From Lingula anatina (taxonomy: Eukaryota > Animalia > Brachiopoda), in NCBI GenBank assembly GCA_051362555.1, contig CM120646.1:9982001-10046000 (forward strand): a stretch of DNA of 64,000 bases, read 5' to 3'. Of the stretch, positions 15,929 to 30,445 are shown piece after piece. The position numbers and the translations under genes are program-made. The notes under the pieces are model-generated. The model had not been told where the DNA came from. It worked only from the letters and a program-made list of their open reading frames with translations, and searched no databases. Positions within the stretch are counted from its first letter, which is position 1. The number at the start of each line of letters is the position of its first letter.

Positions 15929-18217
15929 TTTTTTTAGGTTTTCTGGCGAACTCATTTAAAACTGTTGGCCTTGAAAATGCCGATTGTCTCCGCAACTAAT
16001 ATGATTATAGCTTCACTTTCAAAAATAATATTACATGCGATGCATTTTAAAACAATATGTATACAACGCGTCTCCGTGAAACACAGTGCCAAAACACTCT
16101 GTTTTATAAAAGGTTTAATTCAAAACAGAATTTTCTGAGGTTCAATGGTCAAGCAGTCGGCATGAAAGTGCGTAAAAGCTGAATAATTCAATTGTACATG
16201 TTCAAATTGGTTCTTATTGTGTCTGCGATGAAAGAATCCTTGCAGAGCACATAGGTTCAGACCCCGTGGCCGAGCAGTGGCCGTACAGTACTGTCTGACC
16301 ACAGGGTAAGCTAGTAGTCTGTTACAAAATAATTGTATCGCTGATACTTTAATTTTGTATGCATTTTTAGAAGCCCGTGATATCAGACGGTTGCCGCACT
16401 GTGGCCGTACTGTGGCCGGCCGGTGGTCGTCTCTGGAGCACGATAACGTGAATATTGCGTGGATATAACCGCTGTCCTGTGACCCACTGTAATAGCATTA
16501 AATCACAGAAATCGTATAATTCTTAGAACAAAATCACCCCTAGGTGTTTTAGGTTTTAATATCTACAAGCTGTCATAGTTTTATCATTCGTTATTGTGTA
16601 ACTGATCATAGATGCTTGTCTTCTTGAGATGGCAGCTTTTTAGAATCTTATTTTCACTCCTATTTTCGATACTGCATTCTAAAAAAAAACCGCTGGAAGA
16701 GCTTAAGCCTAATGATAGAGACAGGGATGGTGGTGAAAAGACATGGGGCTCATTAAATAAAGGCCAAACTATCAAAATGCACTCTACATGTAGGTTGTAT
16801 TTCCAGGCAAGTCGCGACAACTTAGCTTAGTGCGTTCTCTCATCAGACCACCTGATAACAAAGTCGAATCTAAAGAAGCGTACGAAGATAATAATAAGAT
16901 CTTAGATTGACTACCTTGTGATTAACTTTTCAAACTGTAAAGAAATGAGATTATTGCCCTGATGGCTTATCTAACTGCACCCCGTATTAATTCAATCTAT
17001 CATGTATTTCCTCTTGTTCGTCTGATAGTCATTACTCATTTCAACAAATAAGAGAAAATGGGAGAGAACTAAAGTGTTCCTAAAGTTACATGCACGCCTG
17101 CCATCCTATCGCTTTGCACAAAAATGCCCGTAGAAAGGTCGAGTGCAATTCTTTTCTGCACAATTTGTTCTTGTGTGCTACCACTGTTCAGTTTGTGAGA
17201 AGAGTTATTTGAATTCGAATTCCAACTTTTTCCCTAATAATTACTGACGTGTACATAATTCTCACCTCACTTTCAAGTTTACTTATCGTAAGCCCCCCAA
17301 AGGCATTTTTATGTGAAAACAAATTTCGAATTGGGGCCGCTGTACTTATTCCATATCAAATTGGAGTATTCAATTCAGTTTAAACAAAGCACACCCAAGT
17401 TGCATAACTGATAAAATGCATTTGACGCGCAACTTTACATAAACCATGACAAAGCGAAAAACGCATCGTTGAATTGGCTCTTCTTTGATATAAATTGATT
17501 TCACATTTTTCTCGTCGCCTACAAATTCACACACACTTCCACTGAGTAATGAGGTTGCTGATAGAAATTACTTATATGCCAATTTAAGTATTTTTTCTGG
17601 ATGCAAACGAATGAACTATAAGCATGTATAGAGATTTTTCAATGTCACAAAAAAAGGAAAGAGAAATGTTCTTCTATCAAACATACTGTAGCAAACGTTT
17701 CAATTTTCTAAACAGTATCGTTTACTTTAATGTGACTGAAGGATATTGGAAAATTTGGACGAGGTAGTCTGGTCATACATTGGAATCGATTGCCAAATTC
17801 GATTTGGTCAAATAAATTAATTCGCCCTTTTTCTATAAAAGCACCAAACCATCACCATTCTATCATTTGTCTACGTAAATCCATCACCAGATCATATGTG
17901 TCAGTTGACAAATTTCGACACTTAAATGAACATGACAGAAATAAGTATCGGTACTTTTAGAGTGAAAGACTTTAACGTGCCACCTCTGTCAGATCTGACA
18001 CTCAAATACATACAGTATGTCTAGTGTATTACATTCAGTGAATATGGACAATGGAACGAAATACCCTCACCACCTGCGCCGCAAGAATAATAAAGGCAAT
18101 CAAGAGTATTTCTACTCAAACATTACAGTCCGGGAACGTACCTGATGTCTTTGCCACCTGAACCGCAAGAATAATAGATGCAGTCAACAGCATCTTCAGA
18201 ATGTGTGCGCCGGTCAT
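3872..18217 (-). CDS. Type I membrane protein with IgGFc-binding-protein N-terminal domain (4 exons, about 801 aa)
   Basis: Exons 18217-18142 (MTGAHILKMLLTASIILAVQVAKTSG, signal peptide, donor GTACGT), 7204-6437, 5997-5024 and 4459-3872. All junctions are GT-AG and phase-consistent (1,1,0), total 2406 nt. Motifs GTEFIIGFTEN, SNDGFIAIP, GDHLVETLPPVNTWG, GDPFAVYLQPTQQF and FGAYVYG...ESYAFPAG are typical of the IgGFc-binding N-terminal domain. These are followed by DGIDNDCDGRIDEE, a Thr-rich stalk, a TM helix (LLLAAVTPLLLIALGCILIILIC-RR) and a cytoplasmic tail. Linking exon 1 across the 11-kb intron is inference; exons 2-4 are firm. Confidence 0.85.
11616..11940. mobile_element. TTAA-target (Kolobok-like) MITE, copy 1
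   Basis: Same ends and core as 30643-30977. Confidence 0.7.
12505..13280. repeat. Foldback-type interspersed repeat with C-rich GACAAT(C)n head; homologous partial copy at about 63350-63700
   Basis: Arms at about 12640-12850 and 13080-13280 are diverged reverse complements. 12600-12830 aligns by eye with 63425-63650. Confidence 0.65.
15321..15496. mobile_element. Small MITE built from 17-bp subterminal repeats (GTCCGAAGGTTCATTG) in inverted arms
   Basis: Direct copies at 15336-15430; inverted copies (TTCGGACCAATGAACC) at 15442-15485. Confidence 0.7.
15849..15935. repeat. (TA)n microsatellite followed by poly-T
   Basis: Direct reading. Confidence 0.95.
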
Positions 18218-21200
18218 TGAGATCCAGTTTTCCAGATAATGTGTCTTGTTTTGGTCACCTGGTCTGTGCGGAGTTCCTAAGAAGCTTAAACAGTTCTACA
18301 CTAACATCAGCAACAAGGCCACTGGTTGTAGTTCAGTTCGGAAGAAGTTCCACTTTCACCCTCCTCTGCAGAAGGGTTCACCAGGTGTGGACTACGTCGA
18401 GATAGCTAACTAAAGCACGCTCAAGGTGCCAAAGAGAATGTAATGAATTTTTCCTCCGCTGTGAGCTCTCTGTATCCGTTTTCTTACCAAAAGAGTTGGG
18501 AAATGCTTGCAATGCTAAGCACGATTACTTTTACACCGATGCCCAGGCTTTTTTCTTTACTTTCTGCAACTAGTTCGATAACGCTAGAACTGCCAATGTA
18601 ACTCTTGACTTGCCTTTCTGTCGTGTTGTGTGCACGTCGATAAACTACACAGACAATTCAGTGATTGCGCTGATAATAGTTTATGTCAAGATTAAAACAA
18701 CACAGAACGCAGTCTTTGATAATATACATGCGCCGCTCCCTTTTTCTTTCCTTTCGGTGAGTGAGCGCCACTGCTTAAAGCTTTCCCCAGTGTTATCGAC
18801 AAAAGTTACACTTGATTGTGTTGACGACAGCTCACGTTGGCAAGATATACAGGCAGCAGTGCGCAGGTTTCTTAATGATTCTTAATAGCCACCTCTCTGA
18901 CAAGTGACAGACGCGCGTGAGGGTCCCGATGCAGCCTAGGAAATTCCACGAACTCGGTGTGTCTGATAAATGAAGGAAAACGCGCTGCGTCACTGTCACC
19001 ACGCGGCGACGTCCTGGTCGCAATGAGTGCCCCGTTTATTATTAGAAATTATTTTGCACTTTTCTTCGACATCTAACTTAAACACATTTATGACTGACTG
19101 ACCCGATTGTTTTGTCTGCCTTCCTGGCGAGATCATGAAGTAATAATAATAAAAAAACAAACACTCAAAGTTCATTTGACCGTGCGAGTTAAAATATCTT
19201 TTTTGCGCAATTTTGTGATACTTTAATAGCTCTTTTTCAAAATTGCCCGATGCTATGAAATGTAAAGTCTGTTTCACCAAAACGTGCAAAATAACATGCT
19301 CTCTTTTTAGAAACGTGTCAATGAATCTTTAAAATATCTGCAAAGTGTTCCACAGCTTATCCAAAGGGCATAGGGACGAAGACACAGAGCAATGACATTC
19401 AACATAAGAAAAAGAAAAACAAACACACAAAATTCAAACATATACACAGGACCGGAAGACACTGGCTCCGTTCACCTCACTCACACCTCGTATTGATTTT
19501 AAACTGCAACGTTGGTTTTGAGCGGATACAATAAACTTGTTTGTTCTGTGCAGGCTGTGTACACTCAGCCGGAACCTTGGTCCTGCTTCATTAAAGACAC
19601 ATCTTTTGCAAAGTAAACATATCATAATGTCTCTAGCTCGATCTACAAATATCAAAATCTGCGCAAAATAGACTAAATGCGTCCTTGGAAAAAGAGGTAA
19701 ATGGAGAAAAAATGCGTTTTGCAACACTACACACACGTCAGTTTCGATTGTAATTTAACACTTAATTCGTGATTAGCAGCATTGCTTCAGAGAGAAAAAT
19801 CAAGTTTGATTAAACACAACACAGTAGTTGTACCCACTGTAGAGCAGGCCACGCCAGTGTGTCCCGCTGAGAGCCTGTCAATCTCCTTGCAGACGAGAGA
19901 AAAAAGCGCGGAGTTGTAGTAAATTTTTTCTTTTTTCACCCAATACAGAATGATAACTAGCAAACCTACCCTAAACCTGCCTTCAGAAATGCAAAACATG
20001 TCTTAAGAAATAAGTTTCAAAATTATGAATAAAGTATAATTTTGATATGAGAAAAATGACAAAAGAAAAATTAAGCTGTGTTTGGAATGTTTGCAAACTG
20101 GTTGAATAGCGAGAACCACTATCATTATACTAACTACAATATTATCTGCCCCTCTCCCATCCAACACACACAGTTTATACAACATCACATGAACATGAAA
20201 GAAAACAAGGCTAGGTTGACTTGAATACAACTCCATTTAAATAAACCCACTTCTGACAGATATAACCTCAAAAACATATTGATTTCATTTCAAAGCAACT
20301 CCATGCCTTTTAACTCTGATAGAGTTTGGGATCTGTCTGCTTTACATCAATTGGTCTTTGCAAGAGACTATATAACTTTCTCGCCCCTTTTCAAATGTCA
20401 TTACTGCGTTTATGTTTGAAAACCACCTCTCGCTACTGACAGTGGGCAAAACCTCGTATTAAAAATCAACATGTGAGTGTAGAACACTTGTTCCTTCGTC
20501 TTCGCAAACTAACATTGTCAATCCAATCATGGCAAACGGCCTCAAAATAGATACATTTTTGTAGTGTGATCGGTGCGTGAGAAACGTGTTAGCATCCTAC
20601 CCTCTACCAGGGTGGCAGATTATATAGGGAAAAACGGAAAAATCCAGAGCCAAATGACTGTCTATTTATCCAGAGACATATCTGTGAATATCTGAGAAAA
20701 ATCAATCTGGTAGAGGGTATTAGCATCCCTAGATTTAAAAAAAAACTAGAAAAGCACACTAAATAGGACTCAAAATTGGAGTCTTAAGGCTCATCCCTTT
20801 CATCAAATATTTTACAGGTAGGATTTTCCAGAGTTTATTTTGGAAGTAAGGTATATACGTGACGATATAGAATTTTTGTCTTATGGTAAAGACGAACTTT
20901 ACCAAAACTCCCAACACAATGCCAAGCCTACATATAAATTTGCTGCCTGTTGAGATCTCATAATTCCTATTTATTTGTCTATTCTTAAATAATAATCGAG
21001 AGGTATGCATTTACATACAGTGTATATGTTAGTCGCCAGTCTTTTATTAACGAAGTTATTTCTTCAAGGAGTTTTTTCCTCGGTTGGTTTGTCAGTATAA
21101 AACCGAACTGAGGAAGTTATAAGCGGAATTTGAAAAAAAAATTAGAAAAAGACCCCTCTTCACACACACACACACACACAGTATTACATTGCATTTATTG

Positions 21201-24200
21201 GGCGTGCGTTAAACGAAGCCTAGTGCACCAACTGGTTACATGTCTGGAGCTTCTTTAGTCGCAGACGAAGAGCCCAGTTTATGCACTGTACCCGGTAGCA
21301 GAATAGTTGAGAAAACTGGGAAATTTCACCCGCTTAAATGTGATGATAATTTTATTTTAGCAGATATGTTGGGCTATGTATTCATAATAGCTATTGACAT
21401 AAAATAGTCTGTCTGTGGTAATTGAATTCACTTTCGTTGTCTCTCTAGCTCTCTCTCTCTCTCTCTTGGTTGTCTGTCGCTAGGCAGCATCCATCTCGAT
21501 CTTCCTTTCATCTTTCCCTAAGTTTATGTTCCGCCGTTTTCTTTCTTTTTGCGCCAGTAGTTGGCTATGGAATGGAATATTAGTGGGATTTAAACTCACC
21601 ATTCCCTATAGTGTTGCATGTTATATGTCCGCACCTAGGCGGATATAGTCCCTCGCCCTCTCGCGCGTGATTTGGAGGTTGCTATTTGGGAACTTTTCAG
21701 GAATAAAAAATCTGTATCAATATGAACGACACTTGATGTAGAGAGCTTAAAGTGCAGTTTATGATCGTTATGTGGGTTCGAATTACAGCGATAAAAATGC
21801 TTCAGTTGCAAGTTCGTTTGAATCATTATTCTTAATTTGAAAAACGTCAATGCTAGTTAATAAGAGGAAGCATAACTTGTCGTGTGTGGTTATATTAAAG
21901 TGGGCATGAATTGTATTCCTAAGACACCAGCATGTGTGATGAATTAAATTTTTATTCTAAGCCGAACAAATTAATAATTTGGCAAAATAGAAAAGATCTT
22001 TTTTTTTTGTTGTTTGTTTCTCTCATTACAGTAACACGTATTGTGTTAGATAATGGGAGGTGAATGGCCCTGCATCACCAGCTGTCGTCACCAATGATGA
22101 CAGAGGCCTGTTTCACAACGACTTTAGGCTGAAAGTTCAGTCTACCCCAGATAATCGGTAAAAGTATAATTTAAGTTGCTGATATGTATATATCGTGGTG
22201 GCCAGGACTGGGTAAATTGCATTTGGGAAATGGCAAATTAATGCAAGTAAATGTCTTGTTTTAATTAAAAGTTTTACCTGCAAGACGAAAAGTAAATTAT
22301 AATTAAGATTCGCTTGATCAAATTGATAAAGAAGTATAAATTCTGTGTTCTAGAATCAGACAACGGGGCGCAGTTTTTAAGAGAATAGCCCCCCCCCCCC
22401 CCCCCCCCAACCCGCAGACGAGATTTGAAACCATCCTTCACTCCTACCGATTCTAGGCAATGAAGTGTTAGATCGCATCATGGTAGATTTGCGTTTGGAA
22501 ACCATGAAAATAGCGCCGCTGGGTGTACATCAATATATCTAAATCTGTAAAACTTACCTCGATCCTTTCCCTTCGTTATTTGAACCGAGGGAAGTCTTTC
22601 CCAAGCTATTCTGTTAACGCGACTGACCCATTGACTTTTAAAACCCGTCTTCAATGTTTCCCTGACACTTTACTGTTATGTTGGAATGCTAACACATATG
22701 TCCGACACGTCCTTTGCTTTCATGGGAATCATCAGAGATAGCCCAAGGTCTTTCCACGTAAAATAAAGTGAAAATAATAAAGTGATAGTGTGGTCAGAAA
22801 TAATGGAAGACTAGGGAGCGAGAATAAGAGCTGAAAGCATTTATCCATGGATATTTTTAGTTATTTTCGCTAACGTTCTGCAGAATTACAGGTTATTGTA
22901 CAAAAATAGCAATTCACCATGTTTTGCTGTTACTTTTGTATTGCTTTTTAAAACGATATTCCAAGCACATAGAACACCATTATCGCTGAAATTTAACCCA
23001 AGCTCATGCAAAATCTTGACTGCAATCTCGGCAATCGTTCGTTCCATTGACCCCTAATCCCATTAACCAATAACACGGGGGTTGTAATCAAAGGGTTGCT
23101 TTCCGAAAGAGGGCGTAAAGTCGCGCTATTCTCAGAACAGATGACAAGAAGACCGAGGTGGAGGTAGGATTCGCTTAGTAATACAAATATGTAGCTGATT
23201 TGTTTTCTAAGAAGAAGGAACTTCATGCAAATAAAAAACACACAAATAACTTCCTCGGCCTACGCTTCATAATTTTTTTATTCAGTTACCCATGTTCAGT
23301 TTTAAATAACACATGACTGTGAACAAGCACAAAAGGGTATGTTTTTCTTTGAAATATTTGCATTTGATATATTCAGTTTTTGCTCTTCGTTGTTAGATAA
23401 AAAATTATTTTCAAACAAGATGGTCCCACGCCCCCTCCCCTCACCAGTTTTATATGATTACAAATTGATTACAGACTGTTACAAATCTTCAAACGATGTC
23501 TCAAATCTCTTGGCAGAAATCAAAGCAATTCGCAGAGGATTTATTATGAAAGGCTTCAAGCAATCCAATACTCAACTGTCCTATAGAAGTTTTAATTCTT
23601 CTAACAAACATACCGTGTTCGCTTAAAAACTTTTTAGCTGAAACTTTTGTCATCCTTAGGAAATAATATCTGCAGTGCTAGGTTAATGATTGCCACTTTG
23701 TATGCATAGATAGCCGTGACTTTTCATGTCCATGAACAAAAGTATATTGGTATTACAGTTTAAAAAGGTTCGTTATGTTTTATATTACTGTAAGCCAGCC
23801 CATCACATTCGTAATATTCACAGAGTAGGTGAGGGATAAAGTTTTAATACTGTCTTCAACTCCCTCGGAAATGTCACGATTTTCAGCAAATTTCTTGAAG
23901 AATTTCGGTATGTTTAGTTCATCAAATTTTGCCTGATTAGATTGTTACATAGCCTCCTTGGGTTTCCCCAGAGAGATCCATGTAACCTGCATCTATTGGT
24001 TGTCACCTCACATTATCGGCCTCTTTGAATACAGTGTGAAAAAACAATTTATTACGAAATTTACTTTCTATGAAACAAATATTTAACAAAATACAGTAGA
24101 AAATGTAGGCCCTATGCAGCAATGTCTTCAAAATACGAAGCAGCGCCATCCAGTTAAAGGAAAACATCACTCACACAAAGAAATTTTGATTGCAAGGAAT

Positions 24201-26013
24201 GGCCTTCTAAGCCCTCCTTACAACCTTATTTGTGTTGACTGATTACAGAATTATTATATTTTGAAAGATTAGTTTAACAATATATTTGATATCAATTTTG
24301 ATTTCTAATGTGATTCACTTAATACTGGCAATGTGATTATTTACAATATTGAATTAATTTTTGAAGAAAATTTTTTCTTGGGGTTAAATAATAAAATCGG
24401 CCATGATTGGCCAAATCTCGGACAACCAATTCCCTGCATTGTTTACTTACTAGGTATGGATGATGGTGTGAAGGTTTGTGGTAATTTGGGATGGGGGACA
24501 CATAACGAAAATGAGTGAAAGAAGATAATTGTTCAAATATTTTCTGCTATTTTCTCTTTCACGAAAGCAAATCTAACCTTCACTTTCAAAATCTCTGATC
24601 AAATAAATAGTAATAATAATGATATGTCATATTACAGTATATGGCTACATACATGTAAATGCAATAAATGATAAAAAGGTGTAGTAAACATTTTTTGACC
24701 CCAGATATCCCCATTTAGTTTTTTACTTGGTCACCCCACTAGCCTTAACTTCAACTTGAAACCGTACACCTTTTGTCATAGCCATTTAAAAAGTGTTTTA
24801 ATTTTCATTTTCAGCGGCAATCCCACACTGCTTTCCTCTACATTGCACTTGTAGACTAGTAGATCTTTCCTGCCGCGAATGAGTCAATGTTTTTTCCATC
24901 TGGACGACAAGACCTTAACCATGTGCAGGAGGATTAATTCGTATGTTCGACATTCTGCTCTTCTGGTTTCAAAAATCCCCCCTGTGGCGGGGCCACTGAT
25001 CTCTGATGCAGAGTAAAACGGCACATTTTTTTATTTCATTTTTTTAGCAGTTCGTGAAAGGCAGCAGTAATTTGTAAGTGTAATTTTGCTCTCTACAAAC
25101 CTTAGGATTATCAAAGATACACCACAGCCGAATAACTGATGTTTAATCTTGTGTGATGGGGTTACATTGATAAAGAATAGAAGTCAACTGGTCACAAATG
25201 AACAATGTAACCCATTCCACTTCAACATAAAATCCAATACTTATTCCCGGTTATATTGGTATTATAGTGCTGTGAAAATTGGGTGAACCGCAGACCACAC
25301 CCCAGCACAATGCTGTGTCTTATGTGAAGCACAGACACAACGAACAAACGTATGCAATTTATTTTAGTAGTCTCGACGTTTTCCCTGCCCGCAGATAATT
25401 TTTTCTGACGACCCTGTCTCTAGCCAAGCCTCCAAGCCTGCTTGAAGATACAAACTAGTAGCCTTTCTTGATTCTTAAACCAAAAAAATTACATTTTCAT
25501 GTAAATAGTTTGAATATCTTTTTATCTCTGTGCGACTTTTGCTGCGAAATTTCTATTTCTTTACTTTTGTGTAAAAAATATAGTTCCAATATACAATAAA
25601 ATTATAGCATATGATTATATATACTTTGTGTGATTTATCTCCAACAACGTAGATATTTTTTCTTCTTTACAAGCGCTTCAAAATCAAAATATAGTTAATA
25701 TTTTTTAATACTTGTAGTTTACATATTTAATAAAATTTAGATACTAGTCGTCATCTTATCCTAAGTTAGATGATATTTTATTTGATAAAGATATTAAGGA
25801 CCCGGCGAATGTTGTCCTTAAGTAATTACAAAGGGATGGCGCTGAATCCTACATCAAATGGAGTTTCGTCTTGTTTTCGAAACTAATCCGTTAAGCATAT
25901 TCTGTATCCAATACAGTTTTTAAAGTTTTTACTATCTTTCATCATTGTAATATACATCTGTATTGCACTATCCTGAACGTTATTTTATTTTATTTACAAG
26001 CGTGTGAGTTTAA

Positions 26014-26228
26014 GACCCCATTTCCAGGGATTAGATCGATCTACTTTAGATCGACCTAACTCCCTGGGGGTTCAAGCTAAATAGCTGTCAGCCGGGCGGA
26101 CACGAAAGTTAATTACCCCCTTACAGCTTGTAGTAGGCGGGACGGACATTTAAGCCGGATTATCTGACAGTAATCTAGTGAGACTCCCCGCGGGGATAGA
26201 TCGATCTAAAAGCTCTGGGAATACAGCC
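26014..26228. mobile_element. PIF/Harbinger-like MITE (TAA flanks); related copies at about 31609-31676, 41243-41454 and 62320-62542
   Basis: Shared TAGATCGATCTA motifs, TTCCCA/TGGGAA ends and internal inverted symmetry. Confidence 0.65.
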
Positions 26229-28019
26229 TAAGTGTCAGTAGAGGTGTACCGGGTGCATGTATCTAAGTCATAAGGTTTTCATTCACAGAACATCCGTTAT
26301 TTTGAAGCAAAATTCGCCACCAATATCTGAAAGAGATGAAAAAGAAGGAAGGTCGAAGAGAGAAAACAACAGATGCCACAAACCTGGGAGTTATGGTTAA
26401 AGATGGTGAATATTTAACCGGAATTGGCATTTTCTGTACTAAGTAAATATAACCTGAGAAGCTGAAGCGTGACTGAAAACGGGGTAAAGACGCACATCAT
26501 TCACTCAAATCTGCCGAGGTGTTGAGAGACACGGTTGCATGAACCATGCTTATGGCTTGTTCTTAGAATGAACACCATCAAAACATAATCATAATACCTC
26601 TCTGGCAAGGGGAAGGGGGCTCCGATAGGCCGCTTTCACCTTTCCCCTATCACTTGTTATCGAGAAGAGATGAACGGATCTAGAATGGTTCATTTGCTGT
26701 CGTGCACCCCACGGTCCCTTCCGCAAGATGCCATTTCTACTTTAAATCTCAGCGTGAACAGTTGTTTACCTTTTTAACCTTCAGCAGACCGAAGTGCGCC
26801 ATGTATATGACCCTAGGAGAGGTGAGAGAGGGGGAAAGAAAATACAAGCTCTTGATGTGAAATATAAATAATTGTACAGTAGCGTACGTCCTCGGAAAGT
26901 TGATTTTATTTATTGATGTTCACGTGAAAAGGAGATTCAATTTTGAGAAAAACAGGGCGATGATAAAAAAATTAGTGTGACAGAAAAAAGTGGCCTGACC
27001 CAAATATTGAAAAAAAACGGGTTCTTTCTTTTATTTCATCTTATTAAAAATGCACATTTTCAAAGACGGTTGTTAAGTCACTAAATTAGATTCTTTCGTG
27101 AAGCAAGAGATGCACTTTCTAATTCCAAATATAGGGACAACAATTCCGCCATGAGTTCTTCATACTGATTATGTCGATGTACAATGTAAAATAAATAATT
27201 ATTACGTATAGTAATATATCTTAGCAGGCCTTAACCAGCAATTTCAAAATGGGGTTTTTTTTTCTGAAAAAGTGGACCTTTTACCATGAAACCTTGGTGT
27301 ACATAGATAAAATTTTACCCAGAGGAGACCTTTTTCCGGCAAAAAGGGCGGTTCTTTCGAACCCCCCCTCTCCCCGGGGTCCAGGCCTGCTAAGTGTACT
27401 GTCTGAGTGTCAGCCTAGCTTTTGCTACACTGTAGTGCACGTTCCCAGAGTGAAATATCAGTGTACAACTTTTTTCATTCATCAACAACAGAAACAAAAA
27501 CCAATGCGTCTGCGTTTCAAAAAATCCAGTTCCCTAAATTTCAGAGTAATTTTACCCATCCAGGATTGTTTGAAGGGGTTTGGGACCCACTGAAGGGCCC
27601 CCAAAAATTTGATATTTAGAGGGAGAGCGGCGTCATTTGATAAGGTACAGAACTATTATTCAGCAAGTCAAAATGCTAATTTCAAGAGGGAACCATTGGT
27701 GTGATATTTTTCAGAAATCCGCCACTGCCATCAATCATCAATAATCTGTGTAAAAAAAACATTTTTAAAAATGCATCCAATACTTTTCAATCAATATAGG
27801 GAAGCACCCCCCCCCCCCCCCCCTTCCAAAAAAAAAAAATGACACTGATAAAAGTCAGCTTCAGTTGTAAAAGCCGTGCGATATATGTGCTGGTAGCGTC
27901 TCCCCTAACGCACGGCCGTGGAAAGCGGGATTTCATAGAAAGTGTTCACCATTTCCAGGTCACTACTCTTTTCTTGCTGGTAACAATGTCTCACAAAAGA
28001 CTATTTTGGAATACGTTAT

Positions 28020-30445
28020 ATAGACTTTTTGAAAAAATCCAAGATGGCTGTCATTTGCCATAGAAACAGCCATAGGAATACTAGTGCACAACTATTTCCA
28101 GCTAGAACGATACGTTGTCCACTATCAAATTAAGTCTGTTTCTCAGATCTTTGTTACCCACATAATATGTTTGTGGTGAGTAACTACGAAGTGTTCTTGG
28201 GCATTTTGGAAAATGCAAGATGGCTGCCATGTGCCACAGGAATTCTAGTATACGGGGGATTCAACTAATGGCAACTGGAAAGATTAATTTTTCACTATCA
28301 AATTAAGCTGGTTTCTGAGTGTTTTCCACATCCTCTCTACCCACACAATATGTATGTGGTGAGTAACTAACAGTATTCTTGGCCATTTTGAGAAAATCCA
28401 AGATGGCCGTCATACGTAATAGGAATACTTCTGGTATTACAAAGGGTTGGAACTAATGCCAGCTAATTCACCATCAAATTCAGTTTATTTTTTAGTGTTT
28501 TACACATTATTATTACACAGTGATACATATCTAGCAGGTAATAAATGTGTATATTTGATCATTTTGAGAAAACCCAAGATGGCCGTCACTGGCCATAGGA
28601 ATACTACTGGAATTACAACTGCACATCCATGGCTTTTCATCTACTACCAGGGTGAATTTGTGTTTGCTTATCAAGTTTTGCCCATCGCATCCTTATTAGT
28701 CCTATGATATATATCTGGTGGGTAAATAGTGTGCATCCTTGGATATTCTGAGAAAAAGATACCTACAATTTAACATAGGAATACTAATAGGTAGGTTTCA
28801 ATTGCTGCTAGAGAGGCATATGGTTCATTATACAATTATATTTCCATGGGTTTGTTTTAAAAATAATTTATGTTTTTCATTCCATTTATTATTACCCCTA
28901 TGATGTATACCTGGTCTGTAGCATGTGTGTATCTTTGGGTATTCTGAAAAAATTCAAGATGTCTGCCTTTTGTCATTAGAATATTCGAACACATAATCAA
29001 ATAATGCTAGAGATACACTGAGTACGATTTAAATGTAGTTAACTTTGGGTCGTTTTTAAAATGTTTTTCATATCCTATTTATCCTTATGAAAGACTCTGT
29101 GTGTTTTGAAAGTGTATGTATCCTTGAGTATTATTCGGAGAAAACCCAAGATAGCTGCCAGTTGTCATAGGAATATATCATTCAAATGCACATACAGGTA
29201 GGTGTCAATTAATAGAACAGTTCAGACATTGATTCCAACATGAAATAAAGCCATTTGATGTTTAAACACGTTGACATCCTTATTAACCTTACTCTTTATA
29301 AATCTGGTGTGTAGCAAGTGTGCATCTTGCGTATTTGAGAAAATTCAAGATTGCTGCAATTCACAATAGGAATAGTACAGTCATGCAACTACTGCCAGAG
29401 AAACACTGGGTTCAATATAAAATGAATTTTGTTTCTCGGTATTTCCCACATTCTTTTTGGACTTTTAGATATCTATCTGGTAGGTAACAAGTGTATACCC
29501 TTAAGTATTTTGAAAAAAATCATGATTACCCTCATTTGCCTTAGAAGTGCCTATAAAATCTAATGCACCAGTTTTCCTATGGGGAAAAGACGGCCATCTT
29601 GGATTTCCCCAAAATGATAAAATATGGACATTAATTACCACACAGATATGTATCATGGGATAATAATACAAAAAAAAAAAACAGAATAACAACTGAATTA
29701 AGCTTCATTTAATTGTAAGCCTATCTCTCGCAGGTATTAACTGAACTCTACCTTCTATGGCTAATGGCAGCCATTCTGTTTTGTTTTGTTTTCAAAAAGG
29801 ATACACATAACATTCTCATCACATATGTATTATGTGAATTAAAAAGATGTGGAAAATACTCAGAAACAAACCTAATTTATCAATTAATATTATATCTCCA
29901 TGGCAGAAGAAGCCCTATGTGTACAGTATACTAGTATTCCTTTGATATGGGGGCCATCTTGGATTTTTCTCGAATTGCCTGTGAATAAAGGTTAGTTACT
30001 CACCACAAATTTATTATTTGTGTAATAAGAAACCAAATTAATTAGATAGTGGGCAAAGCATCTTCCTAGTTGGCATTAGTTAGTTGAAAACCCTTGTACA
30101 TGTTCTAGTATTCCTATGCCATACGGCGGCCATCTTGGATTTTTCAATAAGTCCAAGGACACTAGTTTGTTATCTGACAAATATGCATAATATGGGTAAT
30201 AAGGATGTGGAAAACATTGAGAAAATACTTAATTTGATAAAAATCAACATAGATATGTATATATTTCTACAAAATTTCACAAATTGGCGGCCATTTTGGA
30301 TTTTTTTGGCCAAACGGTAAATTTTTTCCGTGGGCTACGGCTCTAATTTGATTTAGTATGTCAAAAGGTACCCACATGCAAAATTTGGTGCTTTTATCCG
30401 CTGTGTCACGATTTAGCCATTTTTTTGCCCTAAGCAACCGGACTA
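28020..30445. repeat. Diverged 175-200-bp tandem array that flips orientation near 29550 (foldback-type non-autonomous element)
   Basis: AAATCCAAGATGGC-type motif at about 28040, 28217, 28399, 28575, 28955, 29146 and 29346. Its reverse complement GCCATCTTGGATTT occurs at about 29593, 29953, 30129 and 30290. Confidence 0.8.

Larger units (their letters stand above)
14771..15982. mobile_element. Putative non-autonomous TIR element containing a nested MITE and a (TA)n/poly-T tract
   Basis: CGGTATTTCAAGGCCAA at 14771 pairs with TTGGCCTTGAAAATGCCG ending at 15982. Confidence 0.5.

Noticed and set aside
22032-22157. Exon-like segment on the plus strand with acceptor and donor
   Set aside because: Stops in the tested frames and no partner exons; at most a non-coding exon.
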